From positions 1,696 through 65,695 of the forward strand of contig JAQVJM010000004.1 in the NCBI GenBank assembly GCA_028695135.1: 64,000 nucleotides of DNA. The letters run 5' to 3'. This document shows positions 8,486 through 16,808 of this stretch, piece by piece. A program made the position numbers and the translations under genes. Below the pieces are notes generated by a model, which was not told the DNA's origin, ran no database searches, and was given only the letters and a program-made list of their open reading frames with translations. This stretch comes from Candidatus Moraniibacteriota bacterium. Lineage in GTDB: Bacteria > Patescibacteriota > Minisyncoccia > Moranbacterales > UBA9337. The stretch's first letter is position 1; each line of letters opens with the position of its first letter.

Positions 8486-9589
8486 TTATTCCGCGCTTTT
8501 TTCTTCCGAACTGGATTCCGAGCTTTCTTCCGCTTCAGAATTTTCCTCATTTTCCTTTTCTTCGGAAATATCTTTATTATCCAAAGAAACGTTGTTTGAA
8601 GTAGAATTTCTTTTTAAAAAACGGCTTTCAACTTTTTCGGAAAAATCAGTTGTCATAACCATCAACCTTTCCACTCCCGAGAAGCTTAGCATAGAAGCGA
8701 TCGGATCGTTCATATCAATTTTTACTTTATCTTTGAGGGATATGGCGTATTTGGCCAATTGCAATCCTTCGATATGGATGTCAATGGCACTTTCCGGAAC
8801 TTCTATCTCATTGAGAAGATCCAGAATGGTCTGCCCCCTCTCGGCCAAGTCATTGAAGTATTCTATCTCTCCCGGGTTGGATGATACCGCACCTATTTTG
8901 GATACGAATTCGTTAAAAAATGATTTTATGGATTCTTCGCTATTTATATCGTGAGGAAGGTTATTCGCCACTATGTAAAAAACGGCAGAAAGATATTCTT
9001 CTTCATCTTTTTTAATCTGTTGCGCCCTTTTTTCTTCGCTCAAGTTAGAATAATTCTGCTCTTTTATCTTTATTTCATCCTTGTTCACTTCGGGAAGCTC
9101 ATCTTCTTTTATATTTTCGCTCAAGCTTTCTTCTATCATCGCGTTTATAGTTTCCATAGAGACTGCTTGCCCTACGGCTGTGTTATTTTCCGAAGCCAAC
9201 GCAGCCAGCTTAGCTGATATTTCTTCGGTGAGATTATCGCTTTTATAGATATCGCTTTCTATAGAAGTTGCGTTTTTTGTTTTTTCTTCCGTAATTATCT
9301 TGTCTCCCGGTGCCGGTTTCAAGGGGTCATATCCGCTTTTTACTTCAGCGCCATCGGAATAGCCGTCTCCGTCAGTGTCAGGATTTTTTGGATCCGTTCC
9401 GTAAGTCAATTCCTCGCTGTCGCTCAATCCGTCTTGATCAAAATCATTGAATAAATTGTATTTCCCCAAGGAGTTTTCCTGGGCAAATATTGAAGCTGAT
9501 ATTCCAAAGACTGTTATCAGGAAAAAAATAAAAAAAGATTTTTTTACCTTATCCGCCGGCAAATATATTTCTTTTATTCCCATATTCAT
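8486..9589 (-). CDS. hypothetical secreted protein with calcium-binding DxDxDG (thrombospondin-type-3/dockerin-like) repeats and an acidic C-terminus
   Basis: signal anchor then DQDGLSDSEE and DTDGDGYSDGAEV motifs; very acidic low-complexity tail. Confidence 0.55.
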   Translation of the reverse strand: MNMGIKEIYLPADKVKKSFFIFFLITVFGISASIFAQENSLGKYNLFNDFDQDGLSDSEELTYGTDPKNPDTDGDGYSDGAEVKSGYDPLKPAPGDKIITEEKTKNATSIESDIYKSDNLTEEISAKLAALASENNTAVGQAVSMETINAMIEESLSENIKEDELPEVNKDEIKIKEQNYSNLSEEKRAQQIKKDEEEYLSAVFYIVANNLPHDINSEESIKSFFNEFVSKIGAVSSNPGEIEYFNDLAERGQTILDLLNEIEVPESAIDIHIEGLQLAKYAISLKDKVKIDMNDPIASMLSFSGVERLMVMTTDFSEKVESRFLKRNSTSNNVSLDNKDISEEKENEENSEAEESSESSSEEKSAE

Positions 9590-9711
9590 AATTTTTTTGT
9601 TTTAACCGCAAGATTTATTTTCTTCAAAAATTATACCATAAGTCCTCTTGATTTGCCAATAATTTTAATGATATGCTTATTTTATAGGAAAAAGAAAAAA
9701 TTTTTTAAAAA

Positions 9712-11349
9712 ATGATGAAAAAAATACTTAATTACCCCTTTATCTTGGTAGAAAAGATAGAAAATTACCCGACCAGCTTTTTATTTTGGTCGATTTCTTT
9801 TTTGAGCATAATTTTTTCCAGGGTCTTGGTGGAAAATTGGCTGTCCGGAATGGTCAATAATTCTGGAGATTATTTTTTCCACCATGTATATTACACATTC
9901 GTTTTTTTTCTGTTGGTCTATTTGATTTTTTTGGGATTGGTGTATAGATTTCTGAAAGTTCCGATAGCCAAGGCTTCCAACGTATTGCTTTTCGGATATC
10001 TTCTGATAATCACCCCTCCTATTTTTGATTATTTGATATTAGGAGACAAGTTTTATCTCAGTTTTTATGGAATCTACGGATTGGAAGAGATGATCAAAAG
10101 ATTCCTGACCTTTTTCGGGGACAGTCCTGATTTCGGAGTTACCTATGGGGTAAGGATAGAGATAGCCTTGACGGTCTTTTTGATCTTTTTCTATGGATAC
10201 GCAAAAACAAAGAGATGGATCATGTCCCTTTCGCTGGCTTTGCTGGCTTATACGATATTATTCGTTTTGGGAACTTTCCCTTCTTGGATCGCGATAATAA
10301 TAAAAGGATTTCCAGCCGGATTTTTAAATGTCGATGAAATACAGATAGTGCAGATGTTTTTGTCTCCGGCTGATATTTTTTCTCGAAGCGTGGGAAGTTT
10401 TACGAACGCTCTTAGCGTTAAATTGAGCATGATTTATTCTCTCCTGCTTACGGCGGTTATTTTGGCGGGATCCTACTTCCATCATAAGGAAAAGTTTATT
10501 TCTTTCCTCGGAAACATAAGGCCGGTCCAAATAATCTATCATATCGGACTATTTGTCATAGGAATGGGACTGGGGATAAAATTTACCGATGTTTTTTGGA
10601 ATGTCGATTTTTTCAATATATTGGGATTTCTGAATTTGGCCTTGGCGATAATTTTTGCCTGGCTGGCTTCGGTTGTAGCAAATGATTTCGGCGATGAAAG
10701 AATAGACGCTATAACGAACAAGAGCCGTCCTTTATCGCAAAAAACCTTTTCCAAAGGGCAATACGCGGCAATCGGAGTCTTACTTTTCATATTTTCCTTG
10801 CTTCTTTCTGCGGCTATAAATCCCAAAGTGGCTATGATTTTGGCGGCCTACCAGGCTCTGGCCTGGCTGTATTCGATGCATCCCTTCAGGCTCAAAAGAA
10901 TTCCTTTAGTAGCGTCCTTCTTGAGCGCTATAACGACAATACTGGTTCTATTTTCTGGATTTATGGTAGCTACGACAGATCAAAATATCATCGATATACC
11001 GACCCAGTTGATTTGGCTTTTGATTTTTTCCTTCACGCTTTCACTGCCGATAAAAGATCTCAAAGACATAGAAGGGGACAAGAAGTATGGAGTTTTTACC
11101 ATTCCGGTTATTTTTGGAGAATATTGGGGAAAAATAATAATAGGAAGCGGAATTTTTATTTCCTATATTTCAAGCGTTTTTGTCTTGAGGGAGTTCAGGC
11201 TGGTTTTTTGGGCGATCTTGCTGGGAGGAATCTCTTTTTGGATAGTAGTTTTATCCGGAAAAAATAAGAGGATAACCAACAGAAACGTCATTTGGTGGGC
11301 TATTGCGCTGGTGGCAATATATGCCGGTATAATTTTCAGATATATATAA
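9712..11349 (+). CDS. UbiA-family prenyltransferase fused to a ~270-aa N-terminal polytopic membrane domain
   Basis: C-terminal half carries both UbiA Asp-rich motifs (ANDFGDERIDAITNKSRP; KDLKDIEGDKKYGVFT); 545 aa with at least 14 hydrophobic helices. Confidence 0.7.
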   Translation: MMKKILNYPFILVEKIENYPTSFLFWSISFLSIIFSRVLVENWLSGMVNNSGDYFFHHVYYTFVFFLLVYLIFLGLVYRFLKVPIAKASNVLLFGYLLIITPPIFDYLILGDKFYLSFYGIYGLEEMIKRFLTFFGDSPDFGVTYGVRIEIALTVFLIFFYGYAKTKRWIMSLSLALLAYTILFVLGTFPSWIAIIIKGFPAGFLNVDEIQIVQMFLSPADIFSRSVGSFTNALSVKLSMIYSLLLTAVILAGSYFHHKEKFISFLGNIRPVQIIYHIGLFVIGMGLGIKFTDVFWNVDFFNILGFLNLALAIIFAWLASVVANDFGDERIDAITNKSRPLSQKTFSKGQYAAIGVLLFIFSLLLSAAINPKVAMILAAYQALAWLYSMHPFRLKRIPLVASFLSAITTILVLFSGFMVATTDQNIIDIPTQLIWLLIFSFTLSLPIKDLKDIEGDKKYGVFTIPVIFGEYWGKIIIGSGIFISYISSVFVLREFRLVFWAILLGGISFWIVVLSGKNKRITNRNVIWWAIALVAIYAGIIFRYI

Positions 11350-11355
11350 AAAAGC

Positions 11356-12255
11356 CTAAAATATCTTTGAAATCAACTTCCATTTCTCCAGGGATAATTC
11401 CTGGGCGCGGGCGGTCGGCGATATGCCGGCCTTTTTTAATTTTTCTTCCACAGCCATTTTGTCCAAATGGAGGCTGTTGGAAAGATTATTGGCCAATGTT
11501 TTTCTACGGGCGCAAAATCCTGCCCTTACTGTTTGGAAAAATTTTTTCTCTCGTTCTTTTTGTTCCGCGCTCTGCGCTCCACGTTTTGCGATTTGCGATA
11601 TACGGATGACTGCGCTTTCTACTTCGGGCGAGGGATTGAAATTTTCTTTTCCAACCGCAAAAAGAACTTCAGCACTTCCGTAATATTGGACGGATACGGA
11701 AAGCTTGCTCATTTTTCCCGGAACCGCGACAATTCTTTCGGCCACTTCTTCCTGGACCATCAGGACTATTTCTTGAGGAGGAAACTCAGATTCTAAAAAA
11801 AGTCTTATGATTTTTGAGGTGATGTAGTAGGGTATATTGGCTATCAGCTTGTAGTTTTTAGCTTCATTGGCTTTTAGCAAAGAAGGGAGATTTATGCTTA
11901 ATATGTCTCCTTGGATTATCTCGACATTCTTATTATTTTTAAATTTTTCTTTTAAGGCGGGGACAAGAGTGTCGTCAATTTCGATTGATATTACCTTTTT
12001 GGCTTTTTTTGCCAATGTTTCGGTCAAAATTCCTTCTCCGGGACCGATTTCCAATACCAAATCATCTTCGGTTAAATTGGCGTATTTGATTATTCTGTTT
12101 ACAATCTCGAGATTATTAAGAAAATTTTGACCTAGTTTCTGTGGCATATATTTTTTGTAGTTTAAGTTTCCGTTACGGTTTTGCGCGAATACTATTTTTG
12201 CTTGCTTTACATTCGCTTCGCTCATACGGAAGCCACAAAAATAATATTCGCGCAA
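11356..12255 (-). CDS. rsmA: 16S rRNA (adenine1518/1519-N6)-dimethyltransferase RsmA/KsgA; the start may be the internal ATG at 12147
   Basis: QNFL start motif, SAM-binding LEIGPGEG, ANIPYYITS; the first 36 codons of the ORF are an atypical extension. Confidence 0.85.
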   Translation of the reverse strand: MREYYFCGFRMSEANVKQAKIVFAQNRNGNLNYKKYMPQKLGQNFLNNLEIVNRIIKYANLTEDDLVLEIGPGEGILTETLAKKAKKVISIEIDDTLVPALKEKFKNNKNVEIIQGDILSINLPSLLKANEAKNYKLIANIPYYITSKIIRLFLESEFPPQEIVLMVQEEVAERIVAVPGKMSKLSVSVQYYGSAEVLFAVGKENFNPSPEVESAVIRISQIAKRGAQSAEQKEREKKFFQTVRAGFCARRKTLANNLSNSLHLDKMAVEEKLKKAGISPTARAQELSLEKWKLISKIF

Positions 12256-12329
12256 AAAGTTTCAATGCTCGGTTTTGAATTATAATTAAGTCTAGCGCAG
12301 TTAGCGGGAAAAATAAAGACCTGCGGAAT

Positions 12330-12357
12330 TAAAAAACACCCCTTTCCCAGCCGGGAT
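12330..12357 (-). terminator. rho-independent terminator on the minus strand (CACCCCTT-loop-AAGGGGTG + T-run); member of the GC-rich palindrome family
   Basis: 8-bp GC stem; on the minus strand it is followed by TTTTTT. Confidence 0.6.
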
Positions 12358-12385
12358 AAGGGGTGGCTACTCTGCAAAGCCGATA

Positions 12386-12562
12386 CTATTTACTAAAGAG
12401 AAATAGTACGGGTGCGCTTCCAAGGAATAATACTGCGAAGTTCATCAGAACTTCTTCCCAAAAAGTCGCGTGATAAATCGACCCTTGTATCGCCTCAATG
12501 GACGTTAGGATTACTGCTAATACTGCCTCCGCCAATATTATTATAATCAAGTTAACAAACAT
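12386..12562 (-). CDS. small hydrophobic protein (58 aa, two TM helices)
   Basis: strong SD AAGGGAGGTG 5 nt upstream of the ATG at 12562; its own terminator downstream. Confidence 0.45.
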   Translation of the reverse strand: MFVNLIIIILAEAVLAVILTSIEAIQGSIYHATFWEEVLMNFAVLFLGSAPVLFLFSK

Positions 12563-12650
12563 GACACCTCCCTTAGTTATTTTGCATGATTTGACCTTAA
12601 TTAACTTCAAGTAATAATAACAGAAAAATAGTATTGCGTCAAGGCGTGCA

Positions 12651-12679
12651 TTGACTAGCCACAGAATTACTACTATAAT
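12651..12679 (+). promoter_or_regulatory. consensus sigma70-type promoter (TTGACT-17-TATAAT) upstream of typA
   Basis: -35 hexamer at 12651-12656 and -10 at 12674-12679 with exact 17-nt spacing. Confidence 0.55.
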
Positions 12680-12745
12680 AAGAAAGCTGTGTGAGAAACG
12701 CGCAGTTTTTATTTTCTTATTAAAAATAATATTTAATCAGCTTAA

Positions 12746-12773
12746 ATTATAAAGCATTTTGCATTTTGCATCT
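12746..12773 (+). repeat. heptanucleotide tandem repeat (GCATTTT)x4 in the typA 5' leader
   Basis: GCATTTTGCATTTTGCATCTTGCATTTT, 20 nt before the GTG start. Confidence 0.7.
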
Positions 12774-12792
12774 TGCATTTTAAATTTTCAAC

Positions 12793-14577
12793 GTGGACAT
12801 CAGAAACATTGCTATCATCGCCCATGTGGATCATGGAAAAACTACCATAACGGACGCGATAATGAAGCAGACCGGAGTAGCGGAAGAAGGTGTAAGTATG
12901 GACAGCAACGATCTGGAAAAAGAAAGAGGGATCACGATTTATGCCAAAAATACTGCCATAATATACAAAGGAAGCAAGATAAATATCGTTGATACTCCCG
13001 GGCATGCCGACTTTGGAAGCGAAGTGGAGCGGGTCTTGCGCTCTATCGATTCGGTCGTTTTGGTCGTGGACGCTCAGGAAGGTCCTATGCCTCAGACCAG
13101 ATTCGTGCTAAAAAAATCTTTGGAATTAGGACACAAACCGATAGTGGTCATAAACAAGATAGACAAGCCGGCGGCAAGGCTGGGGCAGGTGGAAGATGAG
13201 ATCCTGGAACTTTTTATGGAATTAGGAGCCGATGACGAACAATTGGATTTTCCTGTAATTTACAGCATTGCCAAACAGGGAATAGCCAAAAACGATCCGA
13301 ACGACCAATCCGGCGACATGGGTCCGCTTTTGGAAAAAATAATAGAGTATGTGCCCGTAGCGAATAAGAACGATGATCTTTCCTTACGGCTCCAACCCTT
13401 CTCTTTGGCTTATGACGATTATCTGGGGAGGTTGGCGGTGGCGAGGATCTATGAAGGGATTTTGAAAAATGGTCCGGTTTTCGTAAAGTCTCCAAACGGA
13501 GAAACGAGGAATTCAAAAATCATAAAAATATTTTCTTTTGAAGGAACTCGGAGAAAAGAAGTCGAAGAAGCCCGTTCGGGAGACATAGTCATGGTTGCCG
13601 GAGTGGAGGATATCGATATAGGGGAAACCATCTGTCTTGATGAACGGTCAGAATCTCTTCCTGCCATAACAGTGGACGAACCGACTATCGCTCTTGAATT
13701 TCTTGTCAACAATTCTCCTTTTGCGGGTAAGGAAGGAGAGTTTGTCACAAGAGAGCAGATAAGAGAAAGGTTAAAAAAGGAACTGGAAATCAATGTCGGG
13801 CTCAAGGTTGATTTTTCCGGAGAAAATTTCAAGGTGTTCGGACGCGGAGAATTGCATATTGCGGTACTTCTCGAAAATATGAGAAGAGAAGGGTTTGAGA
13901 TCCAAGTTTCACAGCCCCAGGTAATAATGAAGGAAATCGGCGGGGTTAAAAGCGAACCTTTCGAGGAGCTTACCATCACCGTTCCGGAAGAATTTTCCGG
14001 ATCAATCATCGAGAAACTAGGCAAAAGAAAAGGAGCGATGAAAGATATGAAATACGAGACGGACGGAGTGAGGATGATTTTTGAAATTCCCACCCGGGGG
14101 GCCCTAGGGTATCGCAGTGAGTTCGTGGTGGATACCAAGGGAGAAGGTATACTGGCCAGCCGGTTTTTGGAATTCCGTCCTTATGCCGGAGAGATCAGAA
14201 GACGCGCGGCAGGATCGATGATTTCAGGAGAAAGCGGGAAAGCTCTGGGATTTTCTCTCTTTAACCTTCAACAGCGCGGAGCGCTTTATATCGGTGCCAG
14301 CCAGGAAGTTTATGAGGGACAAGTTATCGGAAACACTTCCAAGGGGGACGAGATGACAGTTAATCCCATAAAGGGAAAGCATCTTACCAATATGCGCGCC
14401 AGCGGGAGCGACGACGCGATATTGCTCACTCCTCCGATAGGGATAACCATAGAAAAAGGCTTGGAAATAATGAGCGATGATGAATATTTGGAAATTACGC
14501 CCGAAAATGTCAGGCTTAGAAAAAAATATCTGACGGAAAATGAAAGAGTGAAGGCAAACAGGAAGAAAGGCAAATAA
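12793..14577 (+). CDS. typA: translational GTPase TypA/BipA
   Basis: [10 protein letters not shown]1 motif, [14 protein letters not shown]; 594 aa with EF-G-like domain order; GTG start. Confidence 0.9.
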   Translation: MDIRNIAIIAHVDHGKTTITDAIMKQTGVAEEGVSMDSNDLEKERGITIYAKNTAIIYKGSKINIVDTPGHADFGSEVERVLRSIDSVVLVVDAQEGPMPQTRFVLKKSLELGHKPIVVINKIDKPAARLGQVEDEILELFMELGADDEQLDFPVIYSIAKQGIAKNDPNDQSGDMGPLLEKIIEYVPVANKNDDLSLRLQPFSLAYDDYLGRLAVARIYEGILKNGPVFVKSPNGETRNSKIIKIFSFEGTRRKEVEEARSGDIVMVAGVEDIDIGETICLDERSESLPAITVDEPTIALEFLVNNSPFAGKEGEFVTREQIRERLKKELEINVGLKVDFSGENFKVFGRGELHIAVLLENMRREGFEIQVSQPQVIMKEIGGVKSEPFEELTITVPEEFSGSIIEKLGKRKGAMKDMKYETDGVRMIFEIPTRGALGYRSEFVVDTKGEGILASRFLEFRPYAGEIRRRAAGSMISGESGKALGFSLFNLQQRGALYIGASQEVYEGQVIGNTSKGDEMTVNPIKGKHLTNMRASGSDDAILLTPPIGITIEKGLEIMSDDEYLEITPENVRLRKKYLTENERVKANRKKGK

Positions 14578-14617
14578 AACTTCAAATAATATTTTAAATC
14601 AGAGCCTTCTGTTTTTG

Positions 14618-14750
14618 AGTTGATAATCTACGGACGTAAGTACGAACGTACTTACGTCCGTAATTACGTCATTAAAAAAGAGACGTCCGACGTATGCAGA
14701 CGTCGGACGTCTGTGAGAATCTGTGAGAAAAATAGAGACAAGGCATGCCT
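14618..14750. repeat. cluster of three perfect palindromes (16-bp, 12-bp and 12-bp stems) between the convergent typA and phosphohexomutase genes
   Basis: GGACGTAAGTACG-AA-CGTACTTACGTCC; GACGTCCGACGT-ATGCAG-ACGTCGGACGTC; AGAGACAAGGCA|TGCCTTGTCTCT (the last is a minus-strand terminator with a T-run); the first has a relative at 30078. Confidence 0.6.
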
Positions 14751-14793
14751 TGTCTCTATAAATGTTAAGATCTGATTTTTCGACTAATTTTTT

Positions 14794-16149
14794 TTATCCT
14801 TTAATTATCCCCAGAATCTCTTTTAATTTTTCTTCCATCAGCTCTTTATTATCCGCTTCGAGATTGAGCCTTAGAACCGGTTCGGTGTTGGAAGGCCGGA
14901 CGTTAAACCACCAGCGGGAACCTTTCTCTTTATTCCAATAGCTTATCTTCACGCCGTCCAATTCATCCAGTTTGCCATCCTTATATTTTTCCTTAAGCTT
15001 AGTAAGAACCGCATCCTTATCATTAACTTCACTATTTATCTCTCCGCTATGATAATATCTCCTTAATTCCTTAACTAATTCCGAAATCGGTTTTCCGGTC
15101 TCTGCTAGCAGGTTCAAAATATAGATGGCCGGAAGCGATCCCGCTTCGGCATTGAAATTTTCCTTGAAATAATAATGTCCGGAAAGCTCGCCGGCAAAGA
15201 CCGCTCCGTCCTCCAACATCTGTTTTTTGATCAGAGCGTGGCCGACCCGGCATTCATTGGCCGTTCCCCCGTTTTCTTCTATGATTTCCCTTACCGCCAT
15301 CGAGGAGCGCAAATCGTAAAGGATCGTGGCTCCGGGATTTTTTTCCAAAATTATTTTGGCGATCAGGCCGGTTAACAGATCCATCGGGATTACTTCTCCT
15401 TTTTCATCGATAAAACCCACCCGGTCGGCGTCTCCATCGTAAGCGATTCCCAGATCAGCCTTTTCGGAGATGACCTCTTTTTGAAGCGCTTCAAGAGTTT
15501 CCAGTTTTAGGGGGTTGGCTTCATGATTCGGAAACGAGCTGTCGAAGTCATCATAAAGAGTTTCAATTTCGAGATTCTGAGGGAATTTTTTATAGATTTC
15601 CAGCTCCAATATTCCCATCGCGTTGGCGGTGTCGATTATAAGCTCGAATTTTTTATCTTTTATATTCAAAAAACCGGAAAAATATTCAAAGTATTCGTTT
15701 TTTATGTCTTTCGAGAACGTTTCCCCTTTATTTTTTTCGGAGATTTCAAAATTATCACTCATAACCATATCCTTTATTTCCAAAAGTCCGCTGTTTTCTC
15801 CGACAGGCACAGCGTTTTTACGGCAAAATTTCATCCCGTTATATTCTTTGGGATTATGGGAGGCGGTGAGCATTATGCCTCCGTCCACATCCATTTTTCC
15901 GGAAGCGAAATATACCATCGGGGTGGTGGCAAGTCCCAGATCATAAGCATCGGCGCCTTCATCGGTTATCCCTCTTTTCAATTCTTCGAAAAGGGAAGGG
16001 CTGGACTCCCTGATGTCTCTGCCGATAACGACATTTTTAGCTCCCAGGAACTTGACGAAAGCTCGGCCGATTTTGTAAGCGATTCCTTCATTAATTTCTT
16101 CCGGATAGATTCCACGGACATCGTAGGCCTTGAATATTTTTTCTTGCAT
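14794..16149 (-). CDS. phosphoglucomutase/phosphomannomutase (alpha-D-phosphohexomutase family)
   Basis: active-site TASHNP, KAYDVRG N-terminus, metal-binding DGDADR; 451 aa. Confidence 0.85.
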   Translation of the reverse strand: MQEKIFKAYDVRGIYPEEINEGIAYKIGRAFVKFLGAKNVVIGRDIRESSPSLFEELKRGITDEGADAYDLGLATTPMVYFASGKMDVDGGIMLTASHNPKEYNGMKFCRKNAVPVGENSGLLEIKDMVMSDNFEISEKNKGETFSKDIKNEYFEYFSGFLNIKDKKFELIIDTANAMGILELEIYKKFPQNLEIETLYDDFDSSFPNHEANPLKLETLEALQKEVISEKADLGIAYDGDADRVGFIDEKGEVIPMDLLTGLIAKIILEKNPGATILYDLRSSMAVREIIEENGGTANECRVGHALIKKQMLEDGAVFAGELSGHYYFKENFNAEAGSLPAIYILNLLAETGKPISELVKELRRYYHSGEINSEVNDKDAVLTKLKEKYKDGKLDELDGVKISYWNKEKGSRWWFNVRPSNTEPVLRLNLEADNKELMEEKLKEILGIIKG

Positions 16150-16274
16150 ATTGAGCTGAGTTAAAAATTAAAAATTCAAATTTCAAAATTATAGTTTAAA
16201 TAATTTTCAAATTAAAATTAATCTTGTATTTATATTTTATAACGCATCTGATTTATTTCCAAACTTTTTTAAAA

Positions 16275-16305
16275 CCCCTTCCAACGATTTCGCCGGAAGG
16301 GGCAG
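16275..16305 (-). terminator. minus-strand rho-independent terminator (CCCCTTCC-loop-GGAAGGGG + T-run); GC-rich palindrome family
   Basis: 8-bp stem and T-run immediately after the stop of the 16321-16539 ORF. Confidence 0.55.
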
Positions 16306-16320
16306 GGATAGGGCAGGGAG

Positions 16321-16539
16321 TCAGATTGTTTTTACGAAATTTTTTGGCAGTGAAAAGAGGGGGCCGTCCTCTTTGCCGACTATCAGCTTGGGCAATTCGC
16401 CTTTTTGCAGAGGCAGCCTCTCTCCGAACAAAAAGACTCCGGAAGTTTCATTTATCTGTCGCAGTTCTCTCCTCCATGAAAGAATTTTTTCCGGAATGCT
16501 TACTTTGACAGGGACTTTTTCTGTTGTCTTTATGGCCAT
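16321..16539 (-). CDS. small hypothetical protein (72 aa)
   Basis: SD AAGGAG 6 nt upstream of the ATG at 16539, own terminator; sequence MAIKTTEKVPVKVSIPEKILSWRREL... Confidence 0.45.
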   Translation of the reverse strand: MAIKTTEKVPVKVSIPEKILSWRRELRQINETSGVFLFGERLPLQKGELPKLIVGKEDGPLFSLPKNFVKTI

Positions 16540-16808
16540 TGCGCGCTCCTTTTTTAATTTTTTTTCTTTTATCCCCATTTCATTATTGACGCTTATGGAT
16601 CCAAAAGTCAAGATTTTGCTCAAAAGGGTCTGATGAGATATAATATAATAAATTCAAAATACAAAGTTAAAAATTCAAAGTGCATGATTTAAGAAAGATT
16701 AACGCTATGGCATGGCCAGGCAGTAATTGGAAATAAAATTTAAAATAAAAAAGCGCCGATATCCGAATCATCAGTCCTTATTCGCGTATCGGATCAGCCT
16801 TATAAAAA

